Shown: one piece after another, positions 1 through 11,765 of the stretch
Numbering within the stretch: position 1 is the stretch's first letter
Layout: each line of letters opens with the position of its first letter
Origin: Prorocentrum cordatum
Lineage: Eukaryota
Reading direction: 5' to 3'
Length of the DNA stretch: 64,000 nt
Assembly: GCA_963575745.1 (NCBI GenBank)
Contig: CAUYUJ010000259.1
Span: 496,001-560,000 of the forward strand
Position numbers and translations under genes: made by a program
The notes under the pieces: model-generated
Told to the model about the DNA's origin: nothing
What the model saw: the letters and a program-made list of their open reading frames with translations, nothing else
Database searches by the model: none

Positions 1-382
1 ACACCCTGCCTGCCTCCAGGATGCCCTGGGTTTCTTGAGTTTCGATGGTTATGTGATGGACAGCGTGACGTGCCCACACCAAACATCGACGCTCAGGGCT
101 TGGTTTCTTGTGGAAGGTGTCTCGTGGACTGGCCTCCACTGCACACGCGCGAGGCCGAAAAACTCGCTGGGAGTGGACGTCCGAGCGATGGCGAGTCAGT
201 ATCGTTGAACCGACCCCCATCCCCACCCCCATCGCCATCCAGACCCCCAACATCTCAGCACCCCAGTTGGGGATACACCCTTCCAAACCCGAAGGGAACG
301 GCCCATATCCCAATATCTGGGGGGGGTACATCGGCCAGTGGGGCCCAGGCCGCGCCACTAGGGATTGGGACGGATCAACGAT

Positions 383-544
383 TCAGGAGGGAAAACAACA
401 CACAGACACAATTAATCGGCGATTCCCTAGAACATATGGGAAAATATGGGAAGTGGGGTGGAAGATAAAAACCCAGAAACTATAAGAGCAGATGGCGAAT
501 GCTATTACTTGTGTGTGTTTATTTGTGTGTCCCAGGGCCCCGTC
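383..544 (+). mobile_element. Family A short element (~160 bp, TCAGGAGG...GGGCCCCTTN), 6-bp TSD
   Basis: TSD aacgat (377-382 / 545-550); internal acacacagacacaa / ttgtgt..gtgt inverted repeat. Confidence 0.8.
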
Positions 545-864
545 AACGATGCTCGGCGAGGGCCCCGGGCAGGCCCGGGATCGGGACAGAGCTGGCTCCA
601 GAGCGCTCGCCAGGAGCGCCCTTCGCATGCTCCGCAGCGCTCCGGGGCGGCCGCGGCGCCGGCCGCTCCTCCTCCCTCCCTCCTCCTCCTCCCTCCTCTT
701 CATCCCTCCTCCTCCTCCTCCTCCTCCTCCTCCTCCTCCTCCTCCTCCTCCTCCTCCTCCCTCCTCCTCCTCCTCCTCCTCCTCTCCTCCTCCTCCTGCT
801 CCTCCTCCCTCCTCCTCCTCCTCCTCCTCCTCCTCCTCCTCCTCCTCCTCCTCCTCCTCCTCCT

Positions 865-940
<76 letters not shown>

Positions 941-2594
941 CCTCCCTCCTCCTCCTCTCCTCCTCCTCCTCCTCCTCCCCCTCCTCCTCCTCCTCCTCCT
1001 CGGAAAACGCCCGCGGCGTTCCAAGGATCGAAGAAGAAAATAACGCCATGAGCATAAACCTTCGGCGCTCCGCGCGGGCTTCTCGGATCGGCGCCCGGCC
1101 CCCTCGGCGGCGCCTCCGGTGCAGCCTTGGCGAGCTCGGCTCGCCAGGGAGGGTGGTTCAGCGCGGAGCCGATTTTAGCCCCGACCCGGTCTTGTCCCGA
1201 TATCCTGTCTTCGTCTGAGCCTGGCACCGCGCGGAAGAGGCCCCTTAAAACGACGCGAAGATCGGGACAAAATCGGATCGGGATAACTCGAAATTTCTGA
1301 GAATCGGCGGGTTTGGAGGATGTATTGGGCGCCGCGGCCGCTCCAGAGCGTTCCGGAACGCTCTGAGAGCGCTCCGGAACGCTCTGGAGCGATTTATCCC
1401 GATCTTAGCTGTGTTTTACCCCTCGTCGGAGGAGCATGGGGACCCATGCCGCGAATCGCCTCGCTTGCCTCCAGGGTGCACATGGGCTTCTTGGGTTTCG
1501 CTGGTTCTGCGATGGAGAGCTTGACGCTCCCACACCAAAAATCGTAGGACGTCCTGGGATCTCAGGGTTGGGTTCCTTGTGAAAGGTTTCTTGTATTCGG
1601 GCCCCTACAGTGGGAATACATGCGAAGAAACACCCTGCTTGTCTCCAGGGTGCCCTCGGTTTCTTGCGCTCCGACGGTTTTGCTGTGGAAAGCGTGTCGT
1701 TCCGACGCCAAAAATCAATGGACGTCCTGGGATGTCAGGGTCAGGTTCCTTTTGGACAATTTCTTGCGGTCGGGCCCCCACTGTACTGTACGTTCCCTGC
1801 TTTCCCAGATGTCCAGGATCTCCAAGATCTCCTGCTGTGGTCCCACGGGCTGCAGAGTCGAGGGAGGCCAGGTTCTCCGGAATCCCTGGAGTGCATCTTG
1901 GGTCAATGGTTCGGGGGTTGCCAGAGGTGCCCCTGGCCCAACATGCCCCCCAGCTTTTCGCCCCGTTGGGAGCCCCCTCGAGCCACCAGAGCCTCGCAAT
2001 GGGCTGCCCGCGGGGGCCTCCCTCGTAACAACTGCTGAGGGCACCTTGGGCCAGGAGCCCCACTAGCAACACCAGGATGGGGTCTCGACGCCATTCTCGC
2101 TCCAATTCCCAGCGGCCAGCCCGGGGGAGCATTGAGAAGGGGCGGGCCTTCTCAGAGGTCTCAGAAGCCCCCCGGCCTTTGAGAGAAGTTTTGAGAGCCT
2201 CCCCGGCCTCAGAAAACCTCTCAGAAGGCCAGGTCGCTTCTGAGAAGGCCCGCCTCCTGAGAAGGCCCTCTCCTTGTCACTTCCCCCCCCCCGGTTCGCC
2301 GCCTGCAGGGCCTGCGGACGCCACGGTGTGGACACGGTGCAGCCCCTGACCGAGCCATGGCCGCCGCGTGGGGCCCCACGGAAGCGGGCCGTGCGGTCTT
2401 GTCCCAGCTGTCGAGAGGGCTCCCGCCGAAGAGTGGTCAGGCCTCTTTCCGGGTGGGCCATGATGTGTTGAGTGTTGAGGTGGTTGGTCCCTCAGGGAGT
2501 GCCATGATTGAGCCATGGCTTGTTTATTGATTGGGTGACTGGGCCATGATTTAGGTACTGATCCATCGGGGATTGCCCAGGTTTGCGAGGCCAG

Positions 2595-2745
2595 TCAGGA
2601 GGGGAAAAACACACAGACACAATGAATCGTCGACTCCCAGAAAATATGGGAAGTGGAGGGGAAAACGAAAGCATAGAAAGTTCCGGCAAGATATGGGAAA
2701 TCCTGTCATTTGTGTCTATGTATGTGTGTGTCTCAGGGCCCCTTT
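2595..2745 (+). mobile_element. Family A element copy
   Basis: Same termini and internal aaaatatgggaagtgg core. Confidence 0.8.
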
Positions 2746-2789
2746 ACTCAGGGCTCCCGCTCGCCGCCCCACGCCGTGCCGCTCGCCAG

Positions 2790-2837
2790 GAGCGCATGGA
2801 GGAGGAGAAGAAGAAGAAGGCCGAGACGCAGGCGCAG
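2790..2837 (+). CDS. PRP38B: PRP38B-like exon (ERMEEEKKKKAETQAQ)
   Basis: ccag acceptor, GC3-rich codons, CAG|GC donor; phase 0 fits the next exon. Confidence 0.55.
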
Positions 2838-5800
2838 GCGGCCGTGCGAGACTCCCGCGCCGCCGGCCTGCCCGCGTTGGGCCTCCTCTTCCTCGTGCCG
2901 CTGGGCGACCACGGCCCCCGCGGGTTTTTGTCTCGTGCCTCCTCCTCCTCCTACTACTACTCCTCTTCCTCCTCTTCCTCCTCCTCTCTCCTCCACCCTC
3001 CTCCCTCCCTCCTCCTCCTCCTCCTCCTCCTCCTCCTCCTCCTCCTCCTCCTCCTCCTTCTCCTCCTCCTCCTCCTCCTCCTCCTCCTCCTCCTCCTCCC
3101 CCTCCTTCTCGGAACGCGCCTCCGGCATGCCAAGGGTCGAAGAAGAACAACAACGCCAGAAGTATAAATTTCTGGCGCTTCGCAAGCATTTCCTGGATCG
3201 CGGCGATCGAAGCGGGTACAGAAAAAGTGGGTAGAAAGACCGAACGCAGGTCCTGATCATTTCGAGCATGACTCGCTGTCGGCGTCGCCGCGGACGCTGC
3301 TCGTTCGAGACGGAAGGCCGCCCACCCAACAGCGGCCGCTGTCCGGTTTGAACAACATTTGTTGCTGGGCATTGTGCCCATCCGCGCCCATTCCGAGCAT
3401 CCAAGTTAGAACACGCCCGCGGCGTTCCAAGGATCGGAGGAGGGACCAAAACGCCATAAACGTAAACTTTTGGCGCTCCGCGCGGATTTCTTGGGCCTGC
3501 GTCGGCTCCCCCCCCTGGCGGCGCCTCCGGCGCCGCTCACGGCGCGCGGAGCGCGGAGCGCGCCAGGAAGGGGGACCCAGCGCAGATCTTCTCCTCCTCC
3601 TCCCTCCTCCTCCCTCCCCTCCCTCCTCCTCCTCCTCCTCCTTCCTCCTCCTCCTCCTCCTCCTCCTCCTCCCTCCTCCTCCTTCTCCTCCTACTCCACG
3701 TGCTCCTCCTCCTCCTCCTCCTCCTCCTCGCCGTCCTGCTCCTGTCCTCCTCTTGTCCTCCTCCACCTCCTCCTCAGTCCGCGCGGACCGTCAGAAGTTT
3801 ATGCCAATGTAGTTGTTGTCGTCCCTCCTAGACTCTCGGAGCGCCCGCGGCGTTACGAGGAGGCCGCGGGCCTTTCTGCCAAGGTCGAACGATCCACGCG
3901 GCGTCAGGAGCCTTCGCCGGGGTCGCCGCGACACTAGCCCGTCGTGCAGGAGGTTCCCGTCGCGCCGCCCGCGGCGGCGGACCCCGCGCGGGGGGGCTCA
4001 TCGGAGAGGCTCGCAGGCCCCGCCGCGCTCGGCGAACCAAGGATCCAAGGAGCTCGGCGAAGGAACTCGGTGTACAGACGCTCCAGCTCCATGAGAAGGG
4101 GGGGGTCGTCGATGCACTATGCGCGCCTTTGGCCGTCCAGGCGACGTGGGGGACACTGCCAGGCCCTCCCACCTCCTCTTCCTCCGTCTCCTTCTTCTCC
4201 TCCTCCTCCTCCTCCTCCTCCTCCTCCTTCCTCCTCCTCCTCCTCCACCTCCTCCCTCCTCCTCCTCCTCCTCCTCCTGCTCCTCCCTCCTCCTCCTCCT
4301 CCTCCTCCTCCTCCTCCTCCTCCTCCTCGCCCAGGTCTGGGGCGAACGCCGCCATAGGTCAGAATCGGCCAGCGCAGAACGATCTGACAGTAGAGAAGCC
4401 TTCGACCGTTCAGGGTTGGCCTGGCAGTTTGTGTGTCGAGGTCGAAGGATCCACGCCGCGTCTGAAGCCCTCGACGGGGTCGTCACGACACGAGCCCGTC
4501 GTACTAGTACGGAAGGCTCCTGTCGTGCCGCCCGCGGCGGCGGCCCCGCGCGGGGGCGCCCATTGGAGGGGCTCGAACGCCATGCCGCGCTCGGTCGTCC
4601 AAGGAGCGAAGGAGCTTGGCGACGGAACTCGTTGCATACAGTCAAAGCGCATAGTACGGATGAGCAAATGTCCAAGGGTACCCTTGCATCCATGCCCCTT
4701 CGGCCAATCCTTAGCAGCTTCCGCTGGCCAGCCCCGCTCGAAGAGCGTCGACATGGCATTCATGGGCTCTTTGGCATGCCTATCGCGCATCTTTATTCTA
4801 CGCGCTGGCTGCTGTAGACGGTCCTGGATCCCACGGCTCGAGAAGGCGGCAGCTCCCAGGCCGACCAGACGACGTGGTGTACTCTATACCTCGAGCCCCT
4901 CCCGCTTCGGGGCGCCGCCCGGAGAACGCGGCCGACGTCGAGGCAGCAGCGCTGTCGGGAAGCCTGGAACGCTCGAGGGGGGGAGGGGGCCCTCGTCGCC
5001 GCGGCGGGGACGCTCGGACCCGGGGGTGGGGGGGTCTGGGGACCAAATCTTTTGGAGCTGCCTCTGTCTCAGCTGGCCCTGCTCCGAGCCGCAGCTCCGG
5101 GGCCCTCCCAGGCGCCAGCGCATTTCCTGCTGCTGATCTTCGTGTGTGTGTGGTGCGCGTACACACACACACACTCCTCTCGAGGGACGAGGTGTTACAG
5201 CTCTGTGCTCGGAGCGCCCACTGTAATTATACACCTGCAGGTGGCTCCGCAAGCCTCTGCGAGGCATGTGCTAAGCCGCATGTTTCAACAGATGCCGGCC
5301 GTCGGACGCTCGAGTGATCGGTTTTTGAACCAGCCTTTCTCGACAGTTGTTGCTCACGTGAGCGCTTGAGCCCACGCGTCTGGCCGTCGCTGTGGACGTC
5401 TGAAGTCTGGGCGTGTCTGGGCTAAGCGCGCCCAGCCTCTGCCCTGCTCCTGCTGCTTCCCCAGTCCTGCTCCCGCTGCTCCTGCTGCTTCCCCCTTTGG
5501 CCTCCTCCTCCTCCTCCTCCTCCTCCGCCTCCTCCTCCTCCTCCTCCTCATGTTACTTTCCCCTTCGTCCCCTCCTCCTCCTCCTCCTCCTCCTCCTCCT
5601 CCTCTTTCTCTTATTATTTTCCCTTCTCCTCCTTCTCTCCCTCTTTCTCCTGCTGCTCCCCCCTTCGGCCCCTCCTTCGCGTCCTCCTCCCGCGCGTCGC
5701 CGCCGGGCGTGGGCAGCGTGCGCCTGGGACCCCGCACGCCGCCGGGCGTCGCTGGCGTCCGAGCGACCGGCCACGGCGCCGACGGCGCCAGCACTGCACA

Positions 5801-8800
5801 TGCGAAACACCGCTCTCGCTTTCTAGCCTCAAGTCGGGCCTGTCCCTCTACAGGAGGAATATCCCAAAATAGTCCAAACATGCTATGGGGAAAATGTTTT
5901 AAGTATGTTTGATTATGTTTTGATGTTTTTGACTATTTTAATTTTTCGTCGAAAATCCGCCTGTAGGGGGACATGCCCGACCTAATTCTAGCCTCAAGCG
6001 TCTGCGAACAGATTTCATGTTGCTGCGTACATCGACGCATTCGGGGTGGATCCGTTTAGAGATCACGCGGCCGCTGCGTTTGGCGCAGGAAAATGTGGGA
6101 GAACGGGCAGATCCGTCTACTGTATGTTGCTCTTCTAGAGCAGGTCCCATTTGGTACTCCAGGTATTTAGGCCTCCCAGATGGGGTCAGAGTGGATGGAG
6201 TCGAAGGATCGCGCCGCATCGCCGAAGCGTCGTCGATGTGGCTCGGTGCAGAGTTGGAGTTCTTCACGCCGGCGTCACGCCGATGCATCGCCGCCGACGT
6301 CGCCGACGCAACGCCGACGCATCGGCGATGCGGCGCGATCCTCCGACCCCACCTGCTCGGACCCCACTTTGGGAGGCCTGTGAGGGGTCAGCTGCCAGCC
6401 GTCGTGGCTGCTTCGAGGCGCTCTGCGGCGGCGGCGGCAGCGGCGGCCCCGTGGCCGTGCTGCACGCCTGGCCGCTCTCCGGAGCTCGCCTGCACTGCCG
6501 CGGGGGGGTGGAGGGGGCGGCGAAGGGGCGTGGGGGGGGGCGTCGGGGTGCGGATGCCGTGGCCGGGGCCGCGGGCTCCCACCTTCTCGAAGGATCCCGG
6601 GCAGACATGCGCTCGGGGATCCTCGGCGGCCTGGCGGCCAGAACGCAGGGCCGAGGCGCGGCTTCGGGCGCGCGGCGCGCACGGCGTGGCAGGCTCGGCA
6701 GGTGCTCCTCGGGGGGGGAGGGGGGCCCTTCTCATGCGGCACCGAGGAGCACGCCCCCCTTCCGACGGTCGCGCCACGACGTCGGGGAGGAAGGCAGGCA
6801 CCGCAGCGTCTCCCACCCCGTGTCCCCCCTGCCACTCCGTCGGCGCACCCACACCTCTTGGGCCCGGAGGCGCCGCCGCCTCGGAGAGCCTGCTCCTGCT
6901 CCCTGGCCCCTGCCCCCCTCCCTCCCGTCCCTCCTCCAGCCACCTGCACTGCCTGCCTGCCGCCGCTCCTGCTCCTGCTCCTGCTCCCCCTCCTGGCCCC
7001 TGCCCCCCTCCCTCCCGCCCCTCCTCAAGCCACTTGCACTGCCTCGCCGGGCCCTCCTGACCCCTCCCGCCGCCCCTGCGGCCTGCGAGCTCAGGCCAGA
7101 CGTCAGCACGCTGCCAGCTAAACTCCTTCTCTCTCCATCTCCCTCCTCCTCCTGCTCCTCCTCCTCCTCCTCCTCTTCCTCCCTCCTCGCCCCCCCTTCC
7201 CTACCCCCCTCCCCGGCGCACCTGGATGGCATAGCCACCAGGATGACCACGGGGATGGCCACCAGGATGGCCACCGCGTACCGGGTGCACCTGGCCAGGC
7301 CACCTCCGACCCCCAAGATCCGCGACAAGTTCCGACATCGCGAGGAATCACGACCAGAGCCCTGGACTCTATCGTTCTCCTCCGTGAGGGTCCCTTGGTC
7401 CGAGAAGAGGCACAGCCGCCCGTTGTGAAGGGATTGCGACGCCAGGATCTCAGCCCCGTGTTGAAAATCAGGGTCAACGATAGGGGGGCAGGCATAGGGG
7501 GGGGATGCATCGACCCCCAATCGCCCATTGATCGCCGATATGGGGCACGATAGCCCCGACCTGCCCAGGGAGCGTGCGGATCCACTGTTGGGGGCCTGTA
7601 TCGCCTTCGTGGCCATTCTGGCTCGAGGTCTTCGCCGCTCGAGTACCGGACACCGCAGACCTGTGCAGACGAACCGATCGGAGCATCTCGTCGTACCTCC
7701 TCCTCCTCCTCCTCCTCCTTCTCCTCCTCCTCCTCCTTCTCCCCCTCCTCCTCCTCCTCCTCCTCCTCCTCCTCCTCCTCCTCATTCTCCTCATCCTGGA
7801 TTGGCCATCCTAAGAATGGACCTGAACGAGGCGCTCGCCGTCTTCGCCGTGGGCGTGGCTTTGCGCGCCGCGCGGCCCTCCGGGACGGTGGTCGCGGCAG
7901 GGTCCGGCCTCCCACTGCTCCTCCGGGGCCCGTCGCTGGCGAAGGGGCTCAAGCAGACTGTCGACTCCTTGCTGTCGATGTCCAGATCAATTGAGCAGAC
8001 AGTCGACTTCTTGCTGTCGCTGTCCAGAGCAAAGAAGCAGACCGCGGGCCAGATCTCGAGGAAGAGAGGAAGGCATCAACAAACGTCTGGCGCTCCGAGC
8101 GGATTTCTTGGATGCGCGCTGGACCCCCTGGCGTTGCCTTCGGCGCCGCCCCTGGCGAGCTCGCGCCAGGGAGGGGTTCCCCAGCGCAGATCCAAGAAAT
8201 CAACGCGGAGCGCCAAACGTTTATGTATATGTTGTTTTTGTCTTCTAGGATCGACGGGTCGAATAAATCACGACGGGAGGTTTTCCACTATTTTCGGCCA
8301 CCCGGGGCCTTCTCCAGGCCTCGGGACCGTCAAAAGATGACTCAGAGTGAGAAGCCGGTCCCAGGGAAGGGGTCGAGACCTCTCGGGGTTGATGTCGTGC
8401 AAGAATCACGACGTCGGAGGTCTGGGTATGCGGATCCTGTGCCCTGCCTTGCGGGCCCCCTCGGGAGTGGTTTCTGTCTGAGACGGTGGGCCCCCCACCG
8501 GCACGTGTATCCGCCGGCATCCGATAAACGTGCTCTGGGCGCCGCGCGGACACGCGGCCAGGGGAGCAGCAGCACCAGGTCCTGGCCTCCCCGATCGCCG
8601 TCTCTGCGTTATCGGCGAGCTTGAGGGGTAACCACGTGGAGGACAGCTTTTCTCAATGGCACCTGTCATTGAGAGGGTTTGGCCACTGCATGGCATCGAA
8701 GGCGAAGAATCAAACAGCGGCAGGAAGAGCAGCATTTCACCTGCCCCCCGCCCCCTCCAGGCGGAGGCGAAGCGCTGCCACCTGCACGCGGGGAAGCCGA

Positions 8801-11609
8801 AGAACAGCTGCAAGTTCTGCAAGCGCTACCAGGACCTGGCGCGGGGCGGGGCGGAGCCGCGGGAGGCCAGCGTGACCCTCAAGGGCGGCCCAGCAGAGCC
8901 TCCTGGGCGAGGCTCGAGTCAGCTCAGGGGCGGAAGGCGGGCACCGTTGAGGGCGCCACAGGGCGATCCTTCTTCGGAAGGTCCCCCTTCCCCCCAAACC
9001 AGAGCGCCGCGGGTGCGGCTCATTGGCGCGCGAGGTTCGTCAGGAAGCCGCTTGTGCACTTGGACCCTCTCCACCTGCCAGGCGTGCTCCGCGAGCAAGA
9101 CACGCGTCCATATCCGCTGCAGCTTGGACCTACGGGCTCCCTTCCCCAGAAATCCGAGGCGCTCTGGGTATGCATAGACAGTGCGCCTCGGCCTCGCGGC
9201 GCGACTTCAAGAAATCCAAGACTCCAAGACGATATAAGTTTTCGCCAGTGTGCTCAGGATCAGGATCAGGATCAGGTTCGACCTTTTCGCCCCAGAGCGC
9301 TCTCAGAACGCGCCGGCTGGCCGCAGCGCCCGAGACGTCCTCCAGCATTAAAGAATCTCAGAGATGCCCGCTCTGTCCCGATACAATGCGGTTCGCGGTT
9401 TCGTCTTGACCTGGCTCCTCCTGCGCCTCCCGCGCCTGCCCCGAGGCCGGTGCTTTCTCCTCTGGCGCGCGTGGCGGTCTCTTCTCGGGCCATACCATAC
9501 GTCCCAGAAGCCCGACGCCCTGGGCTCGTTGTGTTTCTCCTGGTGAGGGGGGGGGGTCGTCCCTCCTGCGCCCCACGGCAGACGCCCCTGCCGCCGGAGC
9601 GCCCCTGCCGCCGGGGCTCCCCGGCCGGTGGCGCCAGAGGCCCGTGCCGCCCCAGCGGCAGGGGTGCGGGCCAGGGTCGGTCCCCAATGGGGGGGGGGCC
9701 GAGAGCCCATGCCGTCCAGGGCCGCTGCCCCGTGCACGCGCCGTCGGCGGGAAGAAGGAGGAGGAGGAGGAGGAGGAGGAGGAGGAGGAGGAGGAGTAGA
9801 ACGAGGAGGAGGAGGAGGAGGAGGAGGATGTAGAGAAGACGCTGAGGGGGGAGGGGGAGGCATCTATTAAGAGGAGTAGGGTAATTATAGCCAGGAGAAG
9901 AAGTATAGCAAAACTCACACAAAACTAGAGGTCGAGAGGTCGAGAGGTCGGCTGGGGGAGGGAGGTCGAGGTCGAGGTGGCCGTCGGCTCGAGGCAGAGG
10001 ATGGAGATCGAGGTGCAGGATCGAGGTCAAAGGGTGCCCTCCTGCTCTCCGTGCACGTGCCGTCGGAGCGAGGCAGAAGCCCTCCTGGTTGGGTCGAAGG
10101 AAACAAAGGTGCCATGAACATGAACTTTTGGCGCCCCGGGTCGCCTCTGGCGCGGCGCGCTCCGCGCGCCAGGGATGGCGGGGTCCAGCGCAGGTCCAAG
10201 GGATCATCGCGGAGCGCCAACAGTGTATGTTTCTGGCGTTGTTGTGTCTTCTATCGGATGTTCTTGTGCATCCTGGGGAGGGTGCCTTGGACGTTCTGAT
10301 CGTTTTGGCCGGCGGAGGGTCTCAGCCTGTTGCAGGAGGTTCCTCTGCCACAGGTCCGCCTGTAAGAGTGGCCCCTTCGCCGGAGCGACCTCTGGTGCGG
10401 GTCCGCTGGGGTCCCCCGGTCGCCGAGCGCGATGCGGTAGCAGCGTCTTGCGAGCTCATGTTTGGCCCCCCCCCGCGGCCCCCCAAAAGCCGCGCACAAG
10501 AGGTCACTCTCATCCAGGGTAACCCTTGCGTGTAGTCGAAGCTGGCCCTGAGGGCCGCGAAACAATAGGGCCGCAGAGGGCCCTCGCAGGGCCATTTGAG
10601 GCCCGATCTTTCGTGTCTGTGTGTGCTTTTCCGAGCAGCTGGTGATTGGGGGTGACTCAGATGCGGGATGAAAAGAACATTTTCCTGAAAGGAGCCCTTC
10701 AGGGCTCCTTCTGGAGCCAGCAGGAGCCCAAGAGGGTCCTTTGCGGCTCTGTTGCGTCAACCCCCCCCTGCAGGTCACCCCCCAACACGGCCCGCCCGAG
10801 AGGGGCGGCGGCGGCCGCTGGCTGGCGACGGGCGACTGGCCACCGACGGGCGACGGGAGCGTGCTTCTTTATTGCTTGGGCCATATCTCGCGTTGTGGCC
10901 CCCCCGGCCCCCTTCCCCCCCTGATAACGCAACGCTCCGGCCCCCAGGGCGCCCCTCGCACTGCCGCCGTGCGCATAGGGATCCGCATGTGATCCCGAAT
11001 AGGGATCCGCACAGGCGTCCGCACAGAGATCCGCATGTGGATCCGCGTGGGGATCGCACAAAGACCTCCTTCGGGATCTGCACAGGAATCCGCACTGTGA
11101 TTAGCAGGGATCCTTATAGACATCTGCATAAGGACCTCGGATCTCCAGAGGCATCCGCATAGGGATCTGCATATGGATCCGCATAGGGATCCAGATAGGG
11201 ATCCGCATGGCAATTCGCATAGGCATCCGCATAGGGATCCGCATAGGGTTGCGCATTGGGATCCCCAGAGGGGTCCTCATAGGGATCCGCAAAGAGATCC
11301 GCATAGGGGCGGTGGTCGCGGTCAAGTTGCGGCGCTCCCAGGCACTCGTGGTGCTCGTGGGAGAGAGAGAGAGAGAGAGAGAGAGAAATAGGAGGAGAAG
11401 AACGACGGCGACAACGACGACGACGAAGACGACGACGAGGATAGAGGAGGGAGGTAAGGAGCATACATCTTACACGCCACGTGGAGGCAACGACGCCTTC
11501 GCAGGCATGTGCTCGCCACAATTCCTCATTGCTCTTCGTTGTCGGTCGTCGTCGTCGTCGTTGTGGACGTTGTTGTTGTTGCTGTTGCTGTTGTTGTTGT
11601 TGTTGCTGT

Positions 11610-11693
<84 letters not shown>

Positions 11694-11730
11694 GGTTGTG
11701 GTTGTGGTTGTGGTTGTTGTTGTTGTTGTT

Positions 11731-11765
<35 letters not shown>

